This document shows, piece by piece, positions 1-9,900 of a DNA stretch of 64,000 nt. The DNA comes from Alphaproteobacteria bacterium. GTDB taxonomy: Bacteria; Pseudomonadota; Alphaproteobacteria; UBA828. The notes below the pieces were generated by a model. The model saw only the letters and a program-made list of their open reading frames with translations, searched no databases and was not told the origin of the DNA. The position numbers and the translations under genes were made by a program. How positions within the stretch are numbered: position 1 is the stretch's first letter; each line of letters opens with the position of its first letter. The stretch spans positions 608,001-672,000 of the forward strand of contig CBDCRW010000004.1 of the NCBI GenBank assembly GCA_965221125.1, given 5' to 3'.

Positions 1-2
1 TC

Positions 3-515
3 GTTGCCGAACACTACCCCGCGCCGGCGGGCCCCGATCCCGCATCGGTCGCAGGCGCCACCGAATACGCCGCGGCCGCCGGGCCGTTGCGCGAAGCCTA
101 CGGTCGCGAGACCGCGGCGGCCCATGCCGGCTGGGCGGTGGGTGTGCGGGATCAGGCTGGCGCAGCGGGTGCGCCGCGTCCGGGCGAAACCGGAGCGGCC
201 GCCCGCTCCGAACGGGCGGAGACGAAGACCGACATGATCGTCAGGGGTGCGGCCCGCGAGGCGCGGGAGAGCGTCACGAAGGACGAAACGTTGGAGGGCC
301 GGGCCGGCGTTGCAGTACAGACGCAGAAGCCCTTCGAGGAGCATGCGACGGAGAACCTGCCCTTCATCGGCGGCTGGCTCGCAGGCAAGCTCTTCGGCAC
401 CGCGAAGAACGAGACGCCGGACGGGGCCGCGGACGAAACGACGGGGGCCGGTGGGGAGGAATCACCTCCGCCGGCGTCTCCCGAAGACCGGCGGCGGTGG
501 CGCCATGGCGAGTGA
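3..515 (+). CDS. 3' end of a probable TraG-like (F-type) mating-pair stabilisation protein, truncated by the window edge
   Basis: Frame is open from base 3 to the stop at 515. It lies directly upstream of traD/traI, the usual traG position. Product is inferred mainly from synteny. Confidence 0.5.
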   Translation, partial: VAEHYPAPAGPDPASVAGATEYAAAAGPLREAYGRETAAAHAGWAVGVRDQAGAAGAPRPGETGAAARSERAETKTDMIVRGAAREARESVTKDETLEGRAGVAVQTQKPFEEHATENLPFIGGWLAGKLFGTAKNETPDGAADETTGAGGEESPPPASPEDRRRWRHGE

Positions 516-522
516 GAGAGCC

Positions 523-894
523 TCAACGATAACGGTCGTCGTCGCGCAGCAGCCGGTCTTCCATGTCGGCAAGATACTGATAGCGGCCGGTGCGCGACGA
601 CCACTCGTCGAGGTCTCCGTCGTCGCGGGGAAAGTCATGATCCCCGAACGCGGACCAGTCACGGTGGACGAAGCCGCGCCGGAGCGCCAGCGCGAGAGAG
701 GACGGCACGGTCCAGAGGACGGCAACAAGCCATGCCACGCCGACCGTCTCCATCCCGGCGCCCAGGATGGCTGCCACCGCCGTCCAGAACGCCGCGACCC
801 CGAAACCGCCGAGTACGATGAGGCGCTCGGCCCGGGTCGTCGGCCGTTTCGCCGGTGTGCCGGCAAGATATCCTTGTGTTCGTGTCATGTTCAT
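523..894 (-). CDS. Small two-TM membrane protein, candidate entry-exclusion (Eex/TraS-like) protein
   Basis: 123 aa with two hydrophobic segments (LIVLGGFGVAAFWTAVAAILG; VGVAWLVAVLWTVPSSLALAL). Convergent with the traG-like gene, as eex is in SXT/R391. Confidence 0.45.
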   Translation of the reverse strand: MNMTRTQGYLAGTPAKRPTTRAERLIVLGGFGVAAFWTAVAAILGAGMETVGVAWLVAVLWTVPSSLALALRRGFVHRDWSAFGDHDFPRDDGDLDEWSSRTGRYQYLADMEDRLLRDDDRYR

Positions 895-1076
895 GGCCTC
901 CGATCATACCGTCCGGGCGGGAAAAGGGAATCCTCCGGCCCCGTCGTCTTCGCCCCGCCCACCGCCGGCCTTTGCCTCCGGGCGGCGCCGTGCCGGGCGT
1001 GCGGCGCCGAAGGCAGGTGCGACGTTCGCCTGTCCGTCTTCGCGCCTGCGGGCGTCGCCCATGAAGGAACGGGACC

Positions 1077-3221
1077 GTGATCCGGGGCATCGGCGGCAGC
1101 ACGCTCAGGGGCGGGCAGACGGTCTTCCACGGCATCCGCATGTGGGGCCAGCTGTTCCGGGCAGCCATGCTGTTCGCCGCCTTCACCACCGTGGCGGTGC
1201 CGGCCTGGACGCTGTGGCACCGCACCACGGGCGCCGAATGGTACGCCGCGGGCATGGTGACCCTCGCCGAGACCAAGCTCGCGCTCGGCTACGCGCCGGA
1301 CTCGGGCCAGGAGATCCGGTTCGCCGACGGCACGGTGCGCATCCTCGCCATCCGCGACATCGCCATGTCCGTGCCGGCGCTGGAGGCGCGCGAGCGCATC
1401 AAGCGGGAGATGTTCGCCAGCGCCTGGATGGGCTTCAAGGCGGGCGGCGGGCTGATCGCGCTCTTCCTCGCCGTCTTCTGGTATCGCGGCGCGCAGCTCG
1501 GCCGCCAGAAGCGCATCAGGGGCGCGGAACTCGTCACCGCCGCCGAACTGCATCGCCGGGTGCGGCCGCCGCATCTGCGGATGCTGGCGAGGCTGCCGGG
1601 CGCGGGACGAATGCGCCCCTACAGCATCGCCGGCATCCCGTATCCCGAGCGCACCGAGACCCAGCACACGATCGTCTCGGGCACCACGGGTTCGGGCAAG
1701 ACGGTGCTGATCTCCGACCTTGTGGCGCAGATCCGCGCGCGCGGCGAGCGCTGCGTGATCTACGACAAGATGGGGAGCTACACCGCGACCTTCTTCGACC
1801 CGGACCGCGACGTGCTGATGAACCCGCTCGACGCAAGGGCGCCGCGCTGGTCGCCCTTCCTGGAGGCACGCAATCCCCGCGACTTCGACATGATGGCCGC
1901 GGCGCTCATTCCCCAGCAGAAGGACACGGTCGATCCCTTCTGGGTGACGGCCGCGCGCCAGCTCTTCGCCAACGGCGCCGGTGTGCTGCGGGAGAAGGGG
2001 GTGCAGGACAACAGGGTCCTGGTCGACCACCTGCTCAAGACCGATCTCACGGCGCTCGCCCAGGCTATGGAAGGCACGGTGGCGCAGTCCATCGTCGATC
2101 CCGAGAACCCGAAGACGGCGCTTTCCGTGCGCGCCATGCTGACCGCCAATCTCGCCGCCTTCGAGTTCCTGCCCGACGAGGGCGCGCCGTTCTCGATCCG
2201 GGAGTGGATCGGGCAGGAGGACCGCGACGGGTTCCTGTTCCTCACCTCGCGCGGCGACCAGCATGCGAGCCTGCGCGGGCTGATCTCGACCTGGCTGGAG
2301 ATCGCGGTCAACGCCATGCTGTCGCTGGCGCAAAGCGACGGGCGGCGCATCTGGGTGATCCTGGACGAACTGCCGACGCTGCACCAGGTGCCGAGCCTCC
2401 AGCCGGGTCTTGCCGAGTCGCGCCAGTTCGGCGGGTGTTTCGTGCTCGGCGTCCAGGTCGCCTCGGCCTTGCGCGACCTCTATGGCAGGAACGGCGCCGA
2501 GACCATCTCGGGCCTCTGCGGCACCCGCGCGGTGCTGGCCGCGCCCGACCGGGACACCGCGCAATGGTCGGCCGACAGCCTCGGGCGCAGCGAGATCGAG
2601 GAGGTGGCGGAAGGGTATTCCTACGGCGCCAACACCATCCGCGACGGGGTGTCGCTCACGCCGCGCCGCGAGCTCCGGTCCCTGGCGCTGCCGTCCGAGA
2701 TCATGCGGCTCGCCAACCTGGAGGGGTATCTCAAGTTCCCCGGCCCGTTTCCGGTCGCCGCCATCCGCCTGAACTACGTCGCCCGGCCGAAGACGGCGGC
2801 GCGGTTCGTGGCGCGCGAGGACAACGGCACGGTGGATGCCGGCGTCGGCGGGGCACCGGAAGACGCGGACGCCGCGCCTTGCGGCGACGACGCCATGACG
2901 ATCCCGGACCCGGCCGAAGCAAGCGAACCCGGCGGTCCGGCGCTGCCGGCGCCCGAGGACGGGCCGGGTCCCGCCCCGCACCAGGGCGAGCTCGACCTTT
3001 CGTTACAGCCGGAAGCGGCCGGGAGCGCGGAAACGGAGGCCAACGGGCAGACGTCCCCGTCCGATCCCGCGCCGGAAGACGGCCCGCCCGAAGACAAGGC
3101 GGAGGAGGCGGCGGCGCCGGAGACCGGCGGCGACCGGCAGGACCCGCCCGCCGGAAGGCCGGCAGCGGGAGACGGGGAGGCCGCAGCCCCCGACGCAGGC
3201 CGCGTCTCCGACTGGGCCTGA
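1077..3221 (+). CDS. traD: Type IV conjugative coupling protein TraD (TrwB/VirD4 family)
   Basis: N-terminal TM helices, Walker A GTTGSGKT, Walker B ILDELPTL, the 'DPFW' motif and an acidic C-terminal tail. Adjacent to the relaxase. Confidence 0.93.
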   Translation: MIRGIGGSTLRGGQTVFHGIRMWGQLFRAAMLFAAFTTVAVPAWTLWHRTTGAEWYAAGMVTLAETKLALGYAPDSGQEIRFADGTVRILAIRDIAMSVPALEARERIKREMFASAWMGFKAGGGLIALFLAVFWYRGAQLGRQKRIRGAELVTAAELHRRVRPPHLRMLARLPGAGRMRPYSIAGIPYPERTETQHTIVSGTTGSGKTVLISDLVAQIRARGERCVIYDKMGSYTATFFDPDRDVLMNPLDARAPRWSPFLEARNPRDFDMMAAALIPQQKDTVDPFWVTAARQLFANGAGVLREKGVQDNRVLVDHLLKTDLTALAQAMEGTVAQSIVDPENPKTALSVRAMLTANLAAFEFLPDEGAPFSIREWIGQEDRDGFLFLTSRGDQHASLRGLISTWLEIAVNAMLSLAQSDGRRIWVILDELPTLHQVPSLQPGLAESRQFGGCFVLGVQVASALRDLYGRNGAETISGLCGTRAVLAAPDRDTAQWSADSLGRSEIEEVAEGYSYGANTIRDGVSLTPRRELRSLALPSEIMRLANLEGYLKFPGPFPVAAIRLNYVARPKTAARFVAREDNGTVDAGVGGAPEDADAAPCGDDAMTIPDPAEASEPGGPALPAPEDGPGPAPHQGELDLSLQPEAAGSAETEANGQTSPSDPAPEDGPPEDKAEEAAAPETGGDRQDPPAGRPAAGDGEAAAPDAGRVSDWA

Positions 3222-3222
3222 C

Positions 3223-6213
3223 ATGCTCTCCATCGGGGCGCTCGCCTCGGCCGCCCAGGGCGCCAGCTACTATGAGCGCGACGGCTATTACGCGAAGGAC
3301 GATCCCGAGCACCGCGAGGCGAGCGCCTGGGCCGGCAGGGGGGCGGAAGAGCTCGGGCTGAAGGGTCCGGTCGATCCCGCTGCCTTCCGCGCCGTGCTCG
3401 AAGGCAAGGTGCCGGACGGCTCCGGCACCGAGCTCGGCCGGCGCGGCAAGGACGGCGAACGCCTCCACCGCCCCGGCCGCGACCTCACCTTCTCGGCGCC
3501 CAAGTCGGTCTCCATCGCAGCCCTGGTCGGCGGCGACGGGCGCATCATCGATGTCCACGACCGGGCCGTCGCGGCATCGCTCGCCTGGGTCGAGAGGAAC
3601 GCCGCCGAGACCCGCATGAAGGATCCGGATACGGGGAGAATGATACGCGCCGGCAACCAGAAGATCGTCGCCGCCACCTTCCGGCACGACACCTCGCGCA
3701 ACCTCGACCCCCAGCTCCACACCCATGCCGTGCTCGCCAACATGGTCCGGGGCGAGGACGGCAAGTGGCGCTCCATGGCCAACGAGAAGCTCTACGGCTC
3801 GAAGATGCTGCTGGGGGCGCTCTACCGGGCGGAGCTCGCCCGGGGTCTCGGGGGTCTCGGTTACGGCATCGAGAAGACCCATGCCGACGGGCGCTTCGAG
3901 ATCGCGGGGGTTCCCCGGGAGGCGATCGCGGCGTTCTCGAGCCGCCGCGCCGAGATCGAGGCGGCGATGGAAGAGCGCGGGCTCGGCGTCTCCGCCGACA
4001 ATCCGCGCATTGCCGAGCGCGCGGCATTGATGACGCGGGCGAAGAAGCGCGACATCGACCGGGGCGAGCTCCGGGGTGTGTGGCAGCGCCAGGCGGCCGA
4101 TCTCGGCTTCGACGCCAGGACTCCGGTCGTCGAGGCCATGGAACGGTCCGCTGCGCCGGAACCGGCCTCCGCGGCGGTCAGGACAGCCGGGATCGGGACA
4201 CAGACGGAACTGCCGTTGGACAGTGCGGCGCAGGCGCCGGGCCGCGATGCAACCGCCGAAGCCGCACCGCCCTCGCCGGCCGCGGGGGCGGTGGCCTGGG
4301 CGCTGGCGCATCTCTCCGAACGCGCGGCGGTGTTCCGGCGCACCGACCTGCTGACCGCCGCGCTGGTCCACGCGCCGGGCGCGGTCATGGTCGGTGACGT
4401 CGAACGGGAAGTCGCGGCGCTGGAGAAGGCGGGCGCGCTGCACGCCGTCGACCTGCCCGGCGCCGAGGACTCGCTGGCGACGGAGAAGACCGCCGGCGAG
4501 GAGCGCGAGGCGGTGGCCCTGATGCAGGCCGGCCGGGACCGCGGCCGAGCCCCGATGCGGGGCTGGCAGGTGCAGGCGCATCTCAACAAGGGCCCGCTCA
4601 CGGCCGGCCAGAAGGCGGCCGTCAAGCTCATTCTCGGCGCGAAGGACCGGACGGTGGGCGTCCAGGGCTATGCCGGCACGGGGAAGACCACCATGCTGAA
4701 CCGGGCGCGGACACTCGCGGAGAAGAAGGGCTGGCGCATGGCGGGCCTGGCGCCCTCGGCTTCGGCCGCGCAGACGCTCGCTTCCGAAGCCGGGATCGGG
4801 AGCGAGACCCTGCAGCGCTTCCTCGCCCGCAATGCCGGCGTCGCCGAAGGCAGGCTCACGAAGAAAGGCGCGAAGGAGATGCGCGCGGCCTTCGCGAAGA
4901 CCATCCTGGTGGTCGACGAGGGCTCGCTCGCCTCCACCGTCCAGGCGAGGGACCTGCTGCGCATTGCGAACGAACTGCGCATTCCCCGCCTGGTGCTGGT
5001 GGGCGACGCCAAGCAGCTCGACGCGGTGGATGCCGGCAAGCCCTTCGCCCAGCTCCAGGCCGCCGGCATGCGGACCGCGGTGATGGACGAGATCATGCGC
5101 CAGCGCGATCCGGCCCTGAAACAGGCCGTCGAGGCGAGTCTCGCGGGCGATATCGAAAAGGCGTTCGCGAAGCTCGGCAGCAACGTCGCCGAGGTGAAGC
5201 CCGACAATATCGCCGGAGCGGTGGCCGCCCGATGGCTTGCTCTCACCGACGAGGCGCGCGCCAACACCGGCGTGATGGCGCCGTCGCACACGCTCCGCCA
5301 GCAGATCAACGGCCATATCCGCGAGCGCCTCGCCCGCGAGGGCCGCATCCACGGGCCCGTCCTCGAGTCCGAACGGCTGGTCTCGAAAGGCTATACCAAT
5401 GCGGAGAAGGTGCTCGCCGGCAACTACGCCATGGGCGATGTGGTGGCGTTCCACCGCCCCTACAAGCGGATCGGCGTCGAGAAGGGCGACGAACGCCGCG
5501 TCACGGGTATCGATTACCGGGCGAACGAGGTGCTGCTCGATGACGGCAGTGGCGGAACGGTTGCCTGGAAGCCGGAGGAGATCGGCGGGCGCCGGGGCGG
5601 CAGCGAGGTCTACCGGGCCGAGGAGATCGAGCTGCGGGCCGGCGACCGCATCCGCTGGACCCGCAACGATGCCGGCCTCGGGCTGGTCAACAGCCGGACG
5701 GCGGAGGTGCTGAAGGTCGCGGACGGGCGGGTGACCTTCCGCCTGGAGGACGGCAAGACGCTGGAGTTGGGGAAGGGAGACCCGCAGCTGCGCCATCTCG
5801 ACCATGCCTGGGCGTCCACCGTGCATGCCTTCCAGGGCCGTACGGTGGACAATGTGATCGCCGCGATGGAGGCGAGGCATCCGCATCTCACCACCCAGAA
5901 GAGCTTCTATGTCGAGATCAGCCGCGCCCGCGAGCGGGCCGAGCTGGTCACTGACGACGCGGCCGACCTCCGCGCCCAGCTCGAAGCGGTCACCGGCGAG
6001 CGCGTCGCGGCGCTCGAAGCCATCGGCGAGATGAAGCGCGAGGCGCCCGACAGGGCTGCGGACGCAGCCTGGAGCGTGGAGCGGCCGGCGGATCGGGGCT
6101 CCGGTTCGGGCACGGCGAAGGACCGCGAGACCGGAAACACGCCGTCCAGGACGCCAGCGAAGGAACCGGAGGTGCCGGTCCGCGAGCGCGGCGGCATGGA
6201 CCTCGAATTGTGA
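3223..6213 (+). CDS. traI: MOBF relaxase-helicase (TraI/TrwC family)
   Basis: N-terminal YY..YY (SYYERDGYY), DLTFSAPKSVS, HDTSRNLDPQLHTH (HUH), helicase motifs GYAGTGKTT, VVDEGS and QGRT. Confidence 0.95.
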   Translation: MLSIGALASAAQGASYYERDGYYAKDDPEHREASAWAGRGAEELGLKGPVDPAAFRAVLEGKVPDGSGTELGRRGKDGERLHRPGRDLTFSAPKSVSIAALVGGDGRIIDVHDRAVAASLAWVERNAAETRMKDPDTGRMIRAGNQKIVAATFRHDTSRNLDPQLHTHAVLANMVRGEDGKWRSMANEKLYGSKMLLGALYRAELARGLGGLGYGIEKTHADGRFEIAGVPREAIAAFSSRRAEIEAAMEERGLGVSADNPRIAERAALMTRAKKRDIDRGELRGVWQRQAADLGFDARTPVVEAMERSAAPEPASAAVRTAGIGTQTELPLDSAAQAPGRDATAEAAPPSPAAGAVAWALAHLSERAAVFRRTDLLTAALVHAPGAVMVGDVEREVAALEKAGALHAVDLPGAEDSLATEKTAGEEREAVALMQAGRDRGRAPMRGWQVQAHLNKGPLTAGQKAAVKLILGAKDRTVGVQGYAGTGKTTMLNRARTLAEKKGWRMAGLAPSASAAQTLASEAGIGSETLQRFLARNAGVAEGRLTKKGAKEMRAAFAKTILVVDEGSLASTVQARDLLRIANELRIPRLVLVGDAKQLDAVDAGKPFAQLQAAGMRTAVMDEIMRQRDPALKQAVEASLAGDIEKAFAKLGSNVAEVKPDNIAGAVAARWLALTDEARANTGVMAPSHTLRQQINGHIRERLAREGRIHGPVLESERLVSKGYTNAEKVLAGNYAMGDVVAFHRPYKRIGVEKGDERRVTGIDYRANEVLLDDGSGGTVAWKPEEIGGRRGGSEVYRAEEIELRAGDRIRWTRNDAGLGLVNSRTAEVLKVADGRVTFRLEDGKTLELGKGDPQLRHLDHAWASTVHAFQGRTVDNVIAAMEARHPHLTTQKSFYVEISRARERAELVTDDAADLRAQLEAVTGERVAALEAIGEMKREAPDRAADAAWSVERPADRGSGSGTAKDRETGNTPSRTPAKEPEVPVRERGGMDLEL

Positions 6214-6297
6214 CGATGCCGCCTTGCGCGCGCCGTATCCGGGGCGGCCGCAAGGCGCGTGGAAAACGCCGATGAGGGGCTGTAGAGGAGCCGGGGG

Positions 6298-6702
6298 ATG
6301 AGCGAAGACGACCGCAACGAGGCCTCCGGCGGCGAGAACGCGGCCGACAAGGCGGGCGATGTCCGCAAGACACGGGGCATCCGCTTCTCGGAATCGGAGT
6401 GGGAAGAGGTCAAACGCGCCGCCCTGGCCCATGACAAGCCGGCCGCCGAGTTCGTCCGCGAGCGCATCCTCGCGCTCGCGCGGAACCCCGAGGAGGCGGA
6501 TCGGGGGCCGGAGAGCGCCGAGCCGGCCCCGGTTGCGGCCTCGATGGCGCCGCTGATCGAGCGGATGTTCCGCTACACCTGGTTCCTGGCGACCGAAAGG
6601 CGCGACGCAATGGCCCGCGAAGGGCGCGGGGACGAGCTCGACAAGCTGGTCGCCGAGGCCCGGGCGTTCCAGGACTCGCTGCGCCGGGGCGCGGCGGACT
6701 GA
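6298..6702 (+). CDS. Ribbon-helix-helix relaxosome accessory-like protein, copy 1 (intact)
   Basis: RKTRGIRFSESEWEEVKRAA..KPAAEFVRERIL fits an RHH (MobC/NikA-like) pattern. Immediately downstream of traI. Confidence 0.65.
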   Translation: MSEDDRNEASGGENAADKAGDVRKTRGIRFSESEWEEVKRAALAHDKPAAEFVRERILALARNPEEADRGPESAEPAPVAASMAPLIERMFRYTWFLATERRDAMAREGRGDELDKLVAEARAFQDSLRRGAAD

Positions 6703-6817
6703 GCCGGACAGGCGCCGGCCACGATCCGCGCGGTGAGCGCGCGCACGCGCTCGGCGCCGGGGGTCACCATGCGATGCCACGAATGGACTGCGGCGCGCAA
6801 ATGCGCGCAAGCGTCGT

Positions 6818-6846
6818 TTGCTTTCGTGTTCCGTGTTTGGTATCAG
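6818..6846 (+). promoter_or_regulatory. Putative sigma70 promoter P1, cassette 1
   Basis: TTGCTT-N17-TATCAG with TGG before the -10. The same architecture is conserved in all three cassettes. Confidence 0.55.
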
Positions 6847-6862
6847 TCGCTTGGAATGGGTC

Positions 6863-6901
6863 GTGCGCTCTCCTTCGGAGAGTCCGCATCGGGTGTTTTT
6901 T
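6863..6901 (+). terminator. Leader hairpin (UUCG loop) plus T6 tract, candidate attenuator, cassette 1
   Basis: gtgcg-ctctc-cttcg-gagag-tc-cgcat followed by T6. Analogous hairpins occur in cassettes 2 and 3. Confidence 0.45.
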
Positions 6902-6922
6902 GCAGTCCGGAGGGGGGCGACC

Positions 6923-9900
6923 ATGGGTTTTGTGCGAGAGGCGTGGGCGGCGGTTGCGGCTGCCGCGGGCGAGGTCCGGGATCGGGGCTTGACAAGTGTC
7001 CTTGAGGCTCCCGTTATAATCAGCCGGATCGCCGGATCGCCGGATCGCCGGATCGCCGGATCGCCGGATCGCCGGATCGCCGGATCGCCGGATCGCCGGA
7101 TCGCCGGATCGCCGGATCGCCGGATCGCCGGATCGCCGGATCGCCGGATCGCCGGATCGCCCCACCTGCGTGCGCGTTCCGGCCATGATCGGGGCCGCAT
7201 GGCGGCGGCTCCTCCGTCGGACACCCTCTCCATCCTCCCCGCCTGAGTCTTCCGGTCTCGCCGCTGCGGGCGGTCTGCGCCGGGCCGCCGCCGCCGGCCT
7301 GCTCGGCCTGCCGCTGGCGTTCGGTCTCGCCGGCGCGGCGCAGGCCTACGAGGGCATCACGATCTCGGCGCCCCCGGACGCGCCAGAGGGACATTCGGGC
7401 CTGACGAACCAGACCTTCGAGGTGCGCCTTACCGGACCGGTCTCGGGCGACGTCAACTACAAGGTCTGCTTTTCCGGCACGGCCACGTACGCGGACGACT
7501 ACAATCCCACGCTCGGTGGGACCCAGCAGTCCTCCAATTGCGTCAACGGCCGCATCGGCAGGGGGCGGACGACTCCTGACAGCGCCATCGGCATCGCCGT
7601 GGTCGGCGACGAGATTTCGGAAAGCGGAAGATGGCGCGGCGAGTACGGCGAGACGGTGACCGCGCACCTGACCCTTGTCGGCGCGCAGCCGTGGGACCTT
7701 GACGGCCGCCGCGCCCACACGGTCACCCACACCATCCTGAACGACGACGTGGCCGTGAGTTTCCGGCAGGCCAACTACGAAGGCCGCGAAGGGAAGCGGC
7801 TCCGCATCCAGGTCGACCTGGTGGAAAGCACCCAAGGATACCCATGGAACGTCACGGTCCCGTTCACGTATACCCGGGGAACGGCGTCGTCCGGCGACTA
7901 CGACGCCTCGCGGACCTCGCTGACCTTCCGGCGCGGCGAGATCACGCAGGACCTGTACGTCGACCTGACCGACGACAGCAGCTTCGACAGTGGCGAGACG
8001 TTCACCATCGATTTGGACACGGCCAGCTTTCCGACCGGCATGTATGACAGCGGCATTGCGCGAGCACGGGTGACCATCAAGGACAACGACTACAGCATCA
8101 GCGCGAGTTCCAGCTCCCATGCAGTCCGGGAGGACGCGGGGGGCGTCAGCATCCCGGTGACCATCAGCCCCGCGCAGGAGCGCACGGTGGGCGTGCGCGT
8201 CAGTTTCAGCGACATTAACGCTTCCGGCGGCCAGGACTACATCGCGAAACACCACAGCTTTCCGGACGACATCCTGACCTTCCATCCCGGGGAGACCGCG
8301 AAGTGGATCTTCGTCCCGGTCGTCAACGACGGCGCCTTCGAGCAAAACGAGCTGTTCAAGGTGACGCTGACACAGACGGTCGGAGCGACGGATCCGGAAA
8401 CCGTGGATATCATCATCAAGGATCATCGGCCAGGCGACGGCGAATACACCAGCAAGCTGATCCTCGAACGGACCAGCCGGGACACCGTCTCGGAGGGGCA
8501 GAGCGCGACGTTCAGGCTCACGATGCATCCGGCTGTGCAGGAAGGCTCCACCGTCGCGGTGCTGCTGTCGCAGTCGGCCGACGACGGCGTGCGGGCGAAC
8601 TGGATCGCCGGTGCGCCGGAGACGCACGCGCACTACAAGACCGTCAGTTTCGCCCGAGGGGAAAGCGTGAAGACCCTGACGGTGCCGATCCGGAGCGACA
8701 GGCGCGACACCAACGGCACGCTCACCGTGGCGGCGATGGCGCCGGGCGACCACCCCGCCAGCACCGGCCCCTACACCGCGCGCGGGCAGAAAGTGGTCGC
8801 GAAGGTGCGCATCCTGGACACCACGGCGGACGGCAACCCCCACAGCAGCCCCCAGCAGACGGCCGCGGTCGAGGTCCCCTCCACGGCGGTGACCAACCTG
8901 CAGGTGACGGCGGTTGACGGGAACACGGCGAAGGCGACGTGGGACGCGGTTCCGCACGCCACCGGCTACGAGGTGGAGTGGGACGCGCTCGACGGCAACG
9001 GGCAGTCGATCGCCGCCGGCCTCCACGCCGGCGTGACCGCCACGACGCAGACGATCGAACACCAGGCGCCGGGGGCGGCGTCGCTCAGGGTGACGGTGGC
9101 GCCGGAACATGTCGACGGCAACGGCGACACGCAGGTGCTCGCCGGCCTCGCGGCCACGGCGGTACTCGACCTGTCGACGCCGCAGTCCGCGCAGGCGGAT
9201 TCTCTCCAGGCGGGCGCGGCGTCCTGCGATCTCGGGACGCTGCGCGCGGACATCGCGGGCTATATCGGCGAGCAGCCGGAGACGAGCGACCATGTGAAGC
9301 GCTGGAAGCGGGTGCTGGCGGCGTTCGACGGCAAGGCCGGGGGCATGACCGCCGCCGAGGCCGGGACGTATGCCGGCAAGGGCTGGACGCGCTGGGACCC
9401 GGTGGTGGTGGCGCTCGACTGCCTGGAGAAGGCCGCGACGCCGCAGGCGGAGACGCCGGCGGCGGTCCCCGAGCTCAGCCTGTCGGCCGGTCCCGCCGTG
9501 GACGAGGGCGGCAGTGCGGTCTTCACCGTCCATGCCGATCCGGCGCCGGCGGCGGAGCTCACGGTCGCCTTCACCGTCGCCCAGAGCGGCGAGTACCTGG
9601 ACGCGCCCGGCGCGGGCAGCCGGACGGTGACGCTTGCGGCGGGCGCCGCGAGCGCCACGCTCGCCATCGCCACGGCCGACGACGGGGCCGATGAGGCCGA
9701 CGGCTCGGTCGGCGTCACCCTCGACGCCGGCGCGGGCTACACCCTGGCGGCCGGCAAGGCGGCCGCGAAGGTCGCGGTGCGCGACAACGACACGCCGGTC
9801 GTGAGCGTGGCGGCGGGCACTGGCGTTACGGAGGGCGATCCGGCGACGTTCACGGTGACGGCGACGCCCGCGCCCGCCGCGCCGCTCACGGTGGCGCTGA

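Noticed and set aside
7023-7158. 8-bp repeat tracts (also 13838 and 22323) as CRISPR arrays
   Set aside because: Contiguous units with no spacers and no cas genes; they are simple sequence repeats.
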